DNA of 64,000 nt from an uncultured Alphaproteobacteria bacterium (GTDB taxonomy: Bacteria; Pseudomonadota; Alphaproteobacteria; RF32; CAG-239), in contig CAXHMA010000007.1 in NCBI GenBank assembly GCA_964017825.1, positions 758 to 64,757 on the forward strand, written 5' to 3'. The position numbers and the translations under genes were made by a program. The notes under the pieces were generated by a model. That model was not told the origin of the DNA. It saw nothing but the letters and a program-made list of their open reading frames with translations, and did not search any database. Position 1 is the stretch's first letter; every line of letters starts with the position of its first letter. Shown here one piece after another: positions 1 through 8,933 of this stretch.

Positions 1-68
1 ATCAGTTACTGTAAAAATGCGTATAAATAATTTAGCAAAAGTTTTACGTGGTCATAGTAACAAACCGC

Positions 69-97
69 TTGCCAAACCGTAAGTACACGCTTATAAT
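69..97 (+). promoter_or_regulatory. sigma70-type promoter of the first secreted-paralog gene
   Basis: TTGCCA (69-74), a 17-nt spacer, then TATAAT (92-97), 24 nt upstream of ATG 122. The same ~60-bp cassette recurs at 1337-1398. Confidence 0.5.
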
Positions 98-121
98 AAG
101 GCATAATTTGAGGAGAAAACT

Positions 122-796
122 ATGAAAAAATTATGCCTTATCGTTTTGTTGTGTTTTTTTGCCGTAATCGCAAAGGCTGTTGAACGGCCGTATTTGAAAG
201 TTGACTGCGTGCCGGAACTGAGCTTTTTTGAAGTACAGTTGTTACAGTTTGAGCAGATTCCGAATAAAGAAAGTTTTTTAGACAAATCAAATTTTATCGG
301 CAGCTCGGAATATAAGTTTTTAAAAGAAAAATACGGCATTATACATGAATACGGGTTTGTACGCGATATTCCCCGTACTCCCGATGATAACTATATGACA
401 AAAGAATGCGTCATCGGCGAAGATAAGTACACAATTCATATTGACCACTGGGGAACGACAATATCCAAGGGAGATATTGTCTTGGCAAAAGAATTGTTTT
501 TTGATTCGGCGTGGACAGATTGGATACTTTACCGTTTGATATATAATGCAAAACAGCAGAAATTTTTAGTGTCCGGCATGTTTACTTTTAATCTGCCGAT
601 ACTGAATTTTTCTTTTTCCACCAAAGAGGGGAAAGTTCTTGATGAGAATGTTATTAAGGCAAAAGGGGCGGAACTGGAAGAAAAAATTATTCTAAATAAG
701 AATAAAAATGAGAAAGAAGTTTACCTTTACCGTTACGCTCCTGATTTTACGCCGAAAGTGATATATCTTGGAGACCGAACGGAGGAATATGAGTGA
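122..796 (+). CDS. secreted protein, VDC[VL]PEL-motif paralog family (copy A1)
   Basis: 224-aa ORF with a gaggag SD upstream and signal peptide MKKLCLIVLLCFFAVIAKA. A near-identical paralog lies at 2513..3187. Confidence 0.7.
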   Translation: MKKLCLIVLLCFFAVIAKAVERPYLKVDCVPELSFFEVQLLQFEQIPNKESFLDKSNFIGSSEYKFLKEKYGIIHEYGFVRDIPRTPDDNYMTKECVIGEDKYTIHIDHWGTTISKGDIVLAKELFFDSAWTDWILYRLIYNAKQQKFLVSGMFTFNLPILNFSFSTKEGKVLDENVIKAKGAELEEKIILNKNKNEKEVYLYRYAPDFTPKVIYLGDRTEEYE

Positions 797-830
797 AAAA
801 TTGTATTTTGCTTTGTAAAGTAGAGGAAGC

Positions 831-1337
831 ATGATGAAAATTTATAAATTGGCAGCGTTGTTCTTCATATTATCGTATCCGGCAGAAGCCGTCAGCATAA
901 ACGGATATGTGTCGGATGAAGATTATTTTGAAACGATTGACGACGAAGAGGAAAAAGCCAACTTAAAACAGATTGAAGAAGCTTTTGAAGCATGCGAAGG
1001 ACAAAATGGCGATAATATAACAGAAACAGAAGATTGGAAAATAATAGAGGAAGAGATGCATAAAAATTTCCGTAATTCATATGAATGTTATAAAAATGTT
1101 GTATTCCGTCTGATAGACACGTTTCAGCCGCGCGTTGCCGATGAAGTAAAAAAAGATTTTCAAGCGTATTTGGATGCATACGACAAAATGCAATACAATC
1201 AATATTATATGCAGGATGCCTGCCGCGGCAGTTGCGGTACAATCATTGAGGACTATATTGTCGTAGACAGACAAATTATGATTAAAAATGTTGCCAAGAA
1301 TTATATTGCGGCCGTTTCCGGCTATGTCAACATGTAA
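831..1337 (+). CDS. secreted hypothetical protein
   Basis: 168-aa ORF with an N-terminal signal peptide (MMKIYKLAALFFILSYPAEA) and an acidic, Cys-containing mature part. No family recognised. Confidence 0.6.
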   Translation: MMKIYKLAALFFILSYPAEAVSINGYVSDEDYFETIDDEEEKANLKQIEEAFEACEGQNGDNITETEDWKIIEEEMHKNFRNSYECYKNVVFRLIDTFQPRVADEVKKDFQAYLDAYDKMQYNQYYMQDACRGSCGTIIEDYIVVDRQIMIKNVAKNYIAAVSGYVNM

Positions 1338-1345
1338 CAAAACGC

Positions 1346-1374
1346 TTGCCAAACCATAAGACAGCGCTTATAAT
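1346..1374 (+). promoter_or_regulatory. sigma70-type promoter, second copy of the paralog cassette
   Basis: TTGCCA (1346-1351), a 17-nt spacer, then TATAAT (1369-1374), followed by the same aggagaaaac SD leader as at 110-120. Confidence 0.5.
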
Positions 1375-1398
1375 AAGGCATAATTTGAGGAGAAAACC

Positions 1399-2502
1399 AT
1401 GAAAAAATTATGCCTTATTGTTTTGCTGTGTTTGGTTGCGATAACGGCACATGCCGAGACCGGCTGGTTCGGAGGGACGTTTTTTCGGGTTGATTGTCTG
1501 CCGGAACTGCAAAGTATTGATATTCACGTTAATGATGTTACCCGTTTTGATGATTATGACTTTACGGAAGAAAATCGTTTGAAATGGCTCAAAAATAATT
1601 ACTTTACTTTTGAAAATGAAGATAAGCGCGATATTGAGGCGGAAACGACATGCAAATTCAAAGACGGGATTTATACGATACAGTTTCGCAGTATATACCA
1701 AGCATCAAACACCGTCAGCGTAACAATCAAAAAAGATGAAAAAACGCTTTTAGATGATATTATCATTTATGACCAATGGTCTCTTCATCATATTCTAACG
1801 CCGATATTGAGATTTAATGTACAAAAACATATAACTGAAGCGTTCAGCATGGTTTATGCAGAGGCTATGGCTGACCGTTTGGCGTATATTTATTTACCTT
1901 TTTCTGATGACACGGCAGTGCAAAAAATATTGGAACATCCCGAGAAATGGGAAAAGGAAAATTATTTAGCAGATGATGACAGTAAAGTATTGATTGTGCA
2001 TTGTGATGAGTTTATGGAACATGTGGAAATACAGCTCACCCGTATTAAAGATAAAAACATCAAAACAATGCTTAATGAAAAAGCCGAAGAATTAGCTGAA
2101 AAAGGGATTTATGCGTTTGAAACAATAAATGCGCCCGAAATTTACCAAACCACATGTTCATTTGCAGGTAATACATATGAAATAAAAGTTGATAAAAAGA
2201 CACAACTGACGTTATCAATCAATGAAACGCCGTTAATTAATGACGTACGTTTATATGAACCCGAACGAAATGAAGTCATTACTTATTTGAGATACCTTGC
2301 CAAAGCAGATTTACTGCAAAAGCATGATTCTGTACAATTAGTCTGGTGGGATAAAAATAAGCGGCAATTTAAATACAATCGTCTGCCTTCACAAAACGAC
2401 TGGTACGATTATGATAAAAATAAGCGCTTATGGAGGCTGGAAAATATGAGTGACTTCTATGATATGGAGAAAGACATATGCTCTATGGTTTGGTGCGATT
2501 GA
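1399..2502 (+). CDS. secreted protein, two-module member of the VDC[VL]PEL family
   Basis: 367-aa ORF with signal peptide MKKLCLIVLLCLVAITAHA. It has FRVDCLPELQ near the N-terminus and a second related module (LIVHCDEFMEHVEIQL) mid-protein. Confidence 0.7.
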   Translation: MKKLCLIVLLCLVAITAHAETGWFGGTFFRVDCLPELQSIDIHVNDVTRFDDYDFTEENRLKWLKNNYFTFENEDKRDIEAETTCKFKDGIYTIQFRSIYQASNTVSVTIKKDEKTLLDDIIIYDQWSLHHILTPILRFNVQKHITEAFSMVYAEAMADRLAYIYLPFSDDTAVQKILEHPEKWEKENYLADDDSKVLIVHCDEFMEHVEIQLTRIKDKNIKTMLNEKAEELAEKGIYAFETINAPEIYQTTCSFAGNTYEIKVDKKTQLTLSINETPLINDVRLYEPERNEVITYLRYLAKADLLQKHDSVQLVWWDKNKRQFKYNRLPSQNDWYDYDKNKRLWRLENMSDFYDMEKDICSMVWCD

Positions 2503-2512
2503 GGAAAACCCC

Positions 2513-3187
2513 ATGAAAAAATTATGCCTTATTGTTTTGCTGTGTCTTTTTGCCGTAACTGTAAAGGCTGTTGAATGGCCATATTTGAAAGTTGACTGCG
2601 TGCCGGAACTGAGCTTTTTTGAAGTACGATTATTAGAGTTTGAGCAGATTCCGAATAAAGAAAGTTTTTTAGACAAATCAAATTTTATCGGCAGCTCGGA
2701 ATATAAGTTTTTAAAAGAAAAATACGGCATTATACATGAATACGGGTTTGTACGCGATATTCCCCGTACTCCCGATGATAACTATATGACAAAAGAATGC
2801 GTCATCGGCGAAGATAAGTACACAATTCATATTGACCACTGGGGAACGACAATATCCAAGGGAGATATTGTCTTGGCAAAAGAATTGTTTTTTGATTCGG
2901 CGTGGACAGATTGGATACTTTACCGTTTGATATATAATGCAAAACAGCAGAAATTTTTAGTGTCCGGCATGTTTACTTTTAATCTGCCGATACTGAATTT
3001 TTCTTTTTCCACCAAAGAGGGGAAAGTTCTTGATGAGAATGTTATTAAGGCAAAAGGGGCGGAACTGGAAGAAAAAATTATTCTAAATAAGAATAAAGAT
3101 GAGGGTGAAGTCTACCTTTACCGTTACACTCCTGATTTTACGCCGAAAGTAATAGATCTTGGTGACCGAACAGGAGAATATGAGTGA
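2513..3187 (+). CDS. secreted protein, VDC[VL]PEL-motif paralog family (copy A2)
   Basis: Internal ATG at 2513 of ORF 2450..3187, preceded by a gagga SD. The product begins MKKLCLIVLLCLFAVTVKA. About 460 bp are identical to copy A1. Confidence 0.7.
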   Translation: MKKLCLIVLLCLFAVTVKAVEWPYLKVDCVPELSFFEVRLLEFEQIPNKESFLDKSNFIGSSEYKFLKEKYGIIHEYGFVRDIPRTPDDNYMTKECVIGEDKYTIHIDHWGTTISKGDIVLAKELFFDSAWTDWILYRLIYNAKQQKFLVSGMFTFNLPILNFSFSTKEGKVLDENVIKAKGAELEEKIILNKNKDEGEVYLYRYTPDFTPKVIDLGDRTGEYE

Positions 3188-4089
3188 AAAATTTATTTAT
3201 CTCTCTGTTATCTCTCCTCAGCCTTATAAGCTCCGATGTTCAGGCGGCGGCGCAATATGATGAGGTTTTGCGGGTCAGCTGTCTGCCGGAGATGAAAGTC
3301 TTCCGCGCCGAAACGCTTGACGTTTGGAACGAACGATTGAACGAAAAGCCGGCTTTATTGAAAGATAACGGTTTGTATTATTGGGAAAGGTTATCGCTTG
3401 AAAAAAGGGCTTTTGAAACGCCTCTTGATTATGAAATTTCATGCGTAATCGACGGCATTAATTATCAGATGAGTTTTTACGATTTGGTTCTGAATAAAAA
3501 TTCGGACGATTATACCAAAGGCGTTATTTTGAAAGCTGACGGAAAATATATCGGGGATTTAAGTCCTCTGGGCACAACAAGAGATTACAGTTATGATAAG
3601 TTGGAAATTTCAGGCAACAATATATTAATATCAGGAGACGGATATTCAGAGCAGCGCTGTTATCACAATTATCGCGTTCCTTTTCCTGGCGAAAATAAAA
3701 GTTATACTTTCAATACTTTGCCAAGAAGCGAGGAAATCCTGCCGGAATATAATGTGGCAGAGCTTATTTGTTATCCGGATTTGGGAATTGCCGGAACACG
3801 TTTACATACTAATGAAGAAACAGTAAAATCGGCGGACAATTATAAATTGATAAAAGATAATCCTGAATTTAAATGCGGTGATATACGTATAACATTTCAA
3901 AACAACCGATTGGTGAAGGTTTATAAAAAAGATGCGCTTATTAAAGAAGTCGCGCTAAATGACAAAAACCGACAGACATACAGCATAACATATCAAGAAG
4001 ATGCAAACGAAGTACATACCAAGTCTTTTGACATAGATGACATTAAACAAAAATGTCAAAGTTCTTATTTGGAAGAACAAAAACCATGA
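3184..4089 (+). CDS. secreted protein, divergent member of the same family
   Basis: 301-aa ORF whose GTG start overlaps the stop of the previous gene. It has a signal peptide ending VQA and the motif LRVSCLPEMKVF. Confidence 0.6.
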   Translation: MKNLFISLLSLLSLISSDVQAAAQYDEVLRVSCLPEMKVFRAETLDVWNERLNEKPALLKDNGLYYWERLSLEKRAFETPLDYEISCVIDGINYQMSFYDLVLNKNSDDYTKGVILKADGKYIGDLSPLGTTRDYSYDKLEISGNNILISGDGYSEQRCYHNYRVPFPGENKSYTFNTLPRSEEILPEYNVAELICYPDLGIAGTRLHTNEETVKSADNYKLIKDNPEFKCGDIRITFQNNRLVKVYKKDALIKEVALNDKNRQTYSITYQEDANEVHTKSFDIDDIKQKCQSSYLEEQKP

Positions 4090-4181
4090 AAAAATTATGC
4101 CTTGTAATAGCGCAGCTTTGCCACGGGTTAGATAATGTGCAATGCTTGAAACGCCGCCGCAACCGCGGTGTACCTCAATAA
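4086..4181 (+). pseudogene. truncated fifth paralog (signal-peptide stub only)
   Basis: ATG 4086 overlaps the TGA of the previous gene (ATGA). It encodes MKKLCLVIAQLCHG... and stops after 31 codons where repeat-element debris begins. Confidence 0.4.
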
Positions 4182-4300
4182 GTACATAAGGGAGCAAATT
4201 TATGACATGACGGCGTTTTAGCACGCATCACATTAAAGGCGGAAAATTTGAGATGAATGGAAGTCAATGTCCGATGGCAAAAATTTTAGTGTACCGACGG

Positions 4301-4428
4301 TAAAGGCGGAAAATTTTGCGAAATAACCGCGGGAGCCCACCCAAGGGCAGGAGTGTACATAAAAGTACATGACTGCCCTGCAGAGTGGCTTCCTCCCGTG
4401 AGTTAGTTCACAAAATTTTCCCCTTTAA
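4301..4428. repeat. REP/MITE-like long hairpin repeat, copy 1 (partial debris at about 4130-4300)
   Basis: Terminal inverted repeats are taaaggcggaaaattttgcgaaataacc and its near-complement ending at 4428. Nested stems (cgggag/ctcccg, gggcag/ctgccc) flank the apical core GTGTACATAAAAGTACATGAC at 4354-4373. Related copies lie at 47641, 55538 and 60905. Confidence 0.7.
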
Positions 4429-5142
4429 TTACTTGTAGAGATACAACAAATGCCCATTCTCCGTCAGCCACTCCCGCCCTTTGTGCATATCTTCTTCCAG
4501 AAATTCCACAAGCGCCCAGAAATAGGCGGAATGATCCTGGTGCTTCAAATGCGACACTTCATGCGCGACGATATAGCGGATAACGAATTCGGGCGCCAGC
4601 GCCAGACGCCAGCTGTAATTGATGTTGTTGAGCGTGGAGCAGCTTGCCCAGCGCGACTTAGTGTCTTTAATGCAGACATTATGCACTGTTTTGCCGATAC
4701 GGTCAGCGGTTTCCTTTGAGCGGCGCATAAATTCTTCCAGCGCCAGCTTTTTGATAAAGTCCTTGACGCGGCGGTGCAGAAACTCAATACCCCCTGAAAC
4801 ATAAAGGATATGGTTCTTTCTATCAAGCCGCGTATTGCCGCGCACCGATGAATGCTCAATCGTATAGTTGCGCCCGAACAGGCTGATGACATCATGGTTT
4901 TGAAAGTTTTTAAGCTCGGGGATTTTCTTTAAATTATCCAGCACCCAATCCTGATGACTTTCCACAAAAGAGACGGCTTTTTTGCGCGAACAGTAGCGCG
5001 GAATTGTCAACACCGCCGCGCGGTCTTTCTTATCTATGCGCAGTGTCAAGCGGCGGGAACGCCCCGAATATACCACCTTCAAATCAAAACCCAAATCGGC
5101 ACTGATTTCAAAGGTCCGTCCACTCAACAATGTAATTTTCAT
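4429..5142 (-). CDS. M48-family / YgjP-like (DUF45) zinc metallopeptidase
   Basis: 237-aa ORF with the HExxH motif (AHEVSHLKH) near the C-terminus, which is the typical YgjP-like architecture. Confidence 0.75.
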   Translation of the reverse strand: MKITLLSGRTFEISADLGFDLKVVYSGRSRRLTLRIDKKDRAAVLTIPRYCSRKKAVSFVESHQDWVLDNLKKIPELKNFQNHDVISLFGRNYTIEHSSVRGNTRLDRKNHILYVSGGIEFLHRRVKDFIKKLALEEFMRRSKETADRIGKTVHNVCIKDTKSRWASCSTLNNINYSWRLALAPEFVIRYIVAHEVSHLKHQDHSAYFWALVEFLEEDMHKGREWLTENGHLLYLYK

Positions 5143-5611
5143 AGTCTGCCACCTCAGATTCGTTTATTAATTTTCTTCCTTTAAGAGAGACGCCGGCTTT
5201 ATGCACCGATTCGGCGCGGCCTGTATTGAGCGGGTGCCAGTCAGGCAAAGGCTTTCCCTCGTCCAAAAGCACATACGCGCAGGTTTTCGGGAGCCAGCGG
5301 GGCTTCTCACGAACAGCAGATATGTCTATATCACGGCAATCGTTAACTTTTTGGAAACGCCGCTCATAAATTTTGCACAAACAGCTCTCCGTGTCCAGAA
5401 AACGGCAGTAAGTGTTTGTAAAACAAATCTTTCCTTTAATCTCCAATTTATTCAGACAGCACTTGCCGCAGCCGTCGCATAACAGTTCCCATTCCTTTTT
5501 GCTCATTTGCTCTAAGGTTTTCTTCTTCCAAAACTCAGGCTCAACATCGTTCATATCGTCAAAGCGGCTCTGCGGGTCATATGCGTCATCAATAATGTAT
5601 TCGTCAGACAT
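5108..5611 (-). CDS. ycgN: UPF0260 / YcgN-family cysteine-cluster protein
   Basis: 167 aa, colinear with E. coli YcgN: LCDGCGKCCLNKLE..., WLPKTCAYVLL, PDWHPL. Confidence 0.7.
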   Translation of the reverse strand: MSDEYIIDDAYDPQSRFDDMNDVEPEFWKKKTLEQMSKKEWELLCDGCGKCCLNKLEIKGKICFTNTYCRFLDTESCLCKIYERRFQKVNDCRDIDISAVREKPRWLPKTCAYVLLDEGKPLPDWHPLNTGRAESVHKAGVSLKGRKLINESEVADYENYIVEWTDL

Positions 5612-5616
5612 TGTTT

Positions 5617-5952
5617 CTATTTTATCCTTTTAATCTCAATGCCGACCACACCGAAAGCCTTTTGCCGTTCTTCAGGATAAAATTCCTTCAACACGGTTAT
5701 CAATTCTCCCTTATCCGCCATGCCGGCTTTGCGACAGTCTATCTTATCGCACAAAGCGGCAAAACTTTCTGCACGGTGCAGCGCAATCACTTCTGCCGTA
5801 AACGTATCGCTGCCGTCCGCGGCATTGACAAACTCTATCATATCGCCGCTTTTTATCATCTTGCGCTTCTCGTCATACAAACGGAGTTCAATCGTCTTTT
5901 CGCCGAGTTTCAGCAGATTGTAATATTTTTCTTTCACGTTTAATTTATGCAT
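5617..5952 (-). CDS. ASCH domain protein
   Basis: 111 aa. The KTIELRLYDEKRKMIKSGDMIEF pattern is typical of small ASC-1 homology (PUA-like) domain proteins. Confidence 0.6.
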   Translation of the reverse strand: MHKLNVKEKYYNLLKLGEKTIELRLYDEKRKMIKSGDMIEFVNAADGSDTFTAEVIALHRAESFAALCDKIDCRKAGMADKGELITVLKEFYPEERQKAFGVVGIEIKRIK

Positions 5953-6321
5953 CTATAAATCGTCCCATTCCACAATGTGGTCTTCCAGTTCGTCTTCCGG
6001 CACCTCCGTTTCGCTGACCACCCTGCCCTTGATTGTCGTGCGAATACCTGAACTCCGCTTTTCAAACAATTCACGATAAGCACAGGTCTTCGGCATCCAC
6101 GGCAGCTTGTCCGCGTTTTCCTTATTGAGCTTCAAACATGTCGGCACCAGCTCACAGCGTTTGTCATACACCGAACAGCTCATTTTTTCTTCGTCAAAGT
6201 AGCGGCAGACGACATTGGTGTAATACACTTCGCCGCTGTCTTCGTCTTCCAGCTTAATCAGACAGCACTTGCCGCAACGTCGGCAGATATTCTCCCATTG
6301 TTCAGTCGTCAGTTCCCGCAT
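5953..6321 (-). CDS. second YcgN-like (UPF0260) paralog
   Basis: Internal ATG at 6321 of ORF 5953..6591, one base after the dnaB stop. Motifs are CRRCGKCCLIKLE, WMPKTCAYREL and a C-terminal HIVEWDDL, matching the neighbour's YIVEWTDL. Confidence 0.6.
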   Translation of the reverse strand: MRELTTEQWENICRRCGKCCLIKLEDEDSGEVYYTNVVCRYFDEEKMSCSVYDKRCELVPTCLKLNKENADKLPWMPKTCAYRELFEKRSSGIRTTIKGRVVSETEVPEDELEDHIVEWDDL

Positions 6322-6322
6322 C

Positions 6323-7798
6323 TTAGCCCCGCTGCTCCGGCAGATATTCCTCGCGCGAAAGATTGCTGAACCGCGCGAATTGCCCGTCCCAAAAGAGTTT
6401 GATAGTCCCCGTGGAGCCATGGCGGTTTTTGCCGATAATGACTTCGCCCAGGTTTGCCGTCTCGCGGTCGCGCTGCTGCCATTCTTCCGTACGTTTCGTA
6501 AAATGCTCGTCCGTTTCGCCGGTGTTGCGCTTCGGCTCGGCATTATGGATATAATAGTTCTCACGGAACACAAACATGACAATATCGGCATCTTGTTCGA
6601 TAGACCCCGATTCGCGCAGGTCTGACATCAACGGGCGCTTATCGTCGCGCTGTTCCAAACCGCGGTTTAATTGGGAAAGCGCAATAACCGGCACTTTCAG
6701 CTCTTTCGCCAAAATCTTCAACCCGCGCGAAATCTCCGAAACTTCCTGCACGCGGTTGCCCTCGCTCTTCTTATCGCCCGACCCCGCAATCAGTTGGATA
6801 TAGTCAATGATAATCAGCCCCAGCCCGTTCGTGCGTTTCAAACGCCGCGCTCTCGTGCGGATGGTGTTGATGTTAATGCCCGGCGTATCGTCAATATAAA
6901 CCGGCAGCTTCTGATATTCGCGCACCGCCGTCGCAATGCGGTTAAACTCGCCGAGTTCCAAATCGCCGGTTCTGAGCTTTGTCCCCGGCGTGTCGGTAAT
7001 GCTCGAAAGGATACGCGACGCCAGCTGTTCGGCAGACATTTCCAGCGAGAAAATCGCCACCCCCTTGTTGTGCGGGTCCATTTTCGTTTCGGGTTTGGCC
7101 ATATGCTCCGCCACATTATAGGCTATGTTAATCGCCAGCGCCGTTTTACCCATCGCCGGACGACCCGCCAAAATCATCAAATCCGAGTCGTTCAAACCGC
7201 CCAAACGGTAATCAAGCTCCGTAAAGCCCGAGGGCAAACCGGAAACCTTGCCTTCTTTCTGATACGCCTTTTCAATCATCGCCAGAGCCGAGTTCAACGA
7301 CGTGCCGAAGTCCTGAAAGCCTTTCTGCCCGTCGCCGTGCATCGCCAAATCAAACAAGCGCTTCTCGGCTTTTTCAATCTGCTGCGCCGTCGTCTCCTCC
7401 AAATGCTCGCCCATTGCCTCGCTTGCAATGTCATAACCTGTGGCAATAAGCTCGCGCCGAAGGTATTTGTCATACACAAACTGCGCATAATATTCCACAT
7501 TCGTCAGCGGCGAAGACGATTCGGAAAGCTTAATGAGATAATTAATCCCCCCGACGTCATTGAGCGTCCCTTCCTGCTCAAAATAGTTTTTCAGCGTGAT
7601 AACGTCCGCAACATGCCCTTTTAAAATGAGCTTTGACATCACGTCAAAAACCTTAACGTGTATCGGGTCTGAAAAATGCTCTGCCCTCAGAAACTCCGAA
7701 ACTTTTTCATAGGCTTTGTTGTTTGACAAAAGCGCCCCCAAAAGCGCCTGTTCGGCTTCAATATTGCGCGGCAAACGCGTGACGTCCAGTTCTTCCAT
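6323..7798 (-). CDS. dnaB: replicative DNA helicase DnaB
   Basis: 491 aa with an N-terminal DnaB domain (NIEAEQALLGALL), Walker A GRPAMGKT, IIDYIQL and SQLNR motifs. Confidence 0.95.
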   Translation of the reverse strand: MEELDVTRLPRNIEAEQALLGALLSNNKAYEKVSEFLRAEHFSDPIHVKVFDVMSKLILKGHVADVITLKNYFEQEGTLNDVGGINYLIKLSESSSPLTNVEYYAQFVYDKYLRRELIATGYDIASEAMGEHLEETTAQQIEKAEKRLFDLAMHGDGQKGFQDFGTSLNSALAMIEKAYQKEGKVSGLPSGFTELDYRLGGLNDSDLMILAGRPAMGKTALAINIAYNVAEHMAKPETKMDPHNKGVAIFSLEMSAEQLASRILSSITDTPGTKLRTGDLELGEFNRIATAVREYQKLPVYIDDTPGININTIRTRARRLKRTNGLGLIIIDYIQLIAGSGDKKSEGNRVQEVSEISRGLKILAKELKVPVIALSQLNRGLEQRDDKRPLMSDLRESGSIEQDADIVMFVFRENYYIHNAEPKRNTGETDEHFTKRTEEWQQRDRETANLGEVIIGKNRHGSTGTIKLFWDGQFARFSNLSREEYLPEQRG

Positions 7799-7948
7799 AA
7801 GTTATAAATCCTTTTTTAAACATTTTATGTTGTTATGGAACAAGACGGCGGGAATTGCACGCAAAAACAATTTTCCGCTGTGGATATGTGGATAACCGGC
7901 GCACCCGCGCTTTTCGGCACCATGCCGGATAATAATTAGGAGAAAAAC

Positions 7949-8914
7949 GTGAACAAAAAGATTCTTGTCGCCGGAGGAGCCGGATACATCGGCAGCCACG
8001 TGCAAAAACAGCTTTTGGAAGAAGGCTTTGCTGTTACCGTCTATGACAACCTGTCAAGCGGCGACAGAATAAACATCCTCCCCGGCGCCCGATTCATTAA
8101 GGCGGATATATTGGATAAAGAAGCCTTAAACAACGCCATGCGGGGCATGGACGGCGTTGTACATCTGGCCGCAAAAAAAGCCGTCGGCGAATCAATGCAA
8201 AACCCGATGTTGTACGCCGAAAACAATATCGCCGGTTCGGTAAACATCTTAAACGCCATGGCGGCAAATAACGTCAGACATATTGTGTTTTCCTCCTCCG
8301 CCGCCGTCTACGGCATGCCACAGTACACGCCTTTGGATGAAAACCACCCCTTAAACCCGATTAATTATTACGGCTATACCAAACTCTGCATTGAGCAGAA
8401 TATGGAATGGTTTGCCAAACTGGGCAAACTCAATTATGCCGCCCTGCGCTATTTCAATGCCGTCGGTTATGCGGCGGACAAATCAATCCAAGGCAAAGAG
8501 CGCAATCCGCAGAACCTCATGCCGATAATTATGGAAGCCGCCACCGGCAAACGCGAAAAATTCTCAATCTTCGGCACCGATTACGATACGCCTGACGGTA
8601 CCTGCGTCCGCGATTATATTCACGTCACCGACCTCGCCCGCGCCCACACCGCCGCCATGCGCCGCCTGATGTCGTCGGATGAATCGTTTGCCGTCAACCT
8701 CGGCACCGGCAAAGGCACGAGCGTCAAAGAAATCGTTGCCGCCACGGAAAATGTCATCGGTAAAAAATTGAATTATGACTTTGCCGCCCGCCGTCCCGGC
8801 GACCCCGCAAAGCTTACCGCTAAGGCCGAAAAAGCCGGAAAATTGCTTGGCTGGAAAGCGGAATATACCGACATCAAAGACATTATTCAAACCGTCTGGA
8901 ACCTTGAACTCTGA
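7949..8914 (+). CDS. galE: UDP-glucose 4-epimerase
   Basis: 321 aa with a GTG start after an aggag SD. It has the Rossmann motif GGAGYIGSH, the catalytic YGYTK, and GalE-like length and order. Confidence 0.85.
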   Translation: MNKKILVAGGAGYIGSHVQKQLLEEGFAVTVYDNLSSGDRINILPGARFIKADILDKEALNNAMRGMDGVVHLAAKKAVGESMQNPMLYAENNIAGSVNILNAMAANNVRHIVFSSSAAVYGMPQYTPLDENHPLNPINYYGYTKLCIEQNMEWFAKLGKLNYAALRYFNAVGYAADKSIQGKERNPQNLMPIIMEAATGKREKFSIFGTDYDTPDGTCVRDYIHVTDLARAHTAAMRRLMSSDESFAVNLGTGKGTSVKEIVAATENVIGKKLNYDFAARRPGDPAKLTAKAEKAGKLLGWKAEYTDIKDIIQTVWNLEL

Positions 8915-8933
8915 TTAACTGAAAGAAACCGAC

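Noticed and set aside
5953-6591. 212-aa version of the second YcgN-like ORF
   Set aside because: The first 90 codons overlap the 3-prime end of dnaB in another frame and are Arg/Ser-rich. YcgN homology starts at the internal MRELTTEQ (6321).
6671-7624. 317-aa plus-strand ORF, and several shorter ones, inside the dnaB region
   Set aside because: They are antisense to a confidently identified dnaB. The product is Arg/Gln-rich and low-complexity, typical of the shadow frame of a GC-rich gene. The same reasoning was applied to antisense ORFs inside murF, dxs, tuf, fusA, hppA, holB, alr and tcdA.
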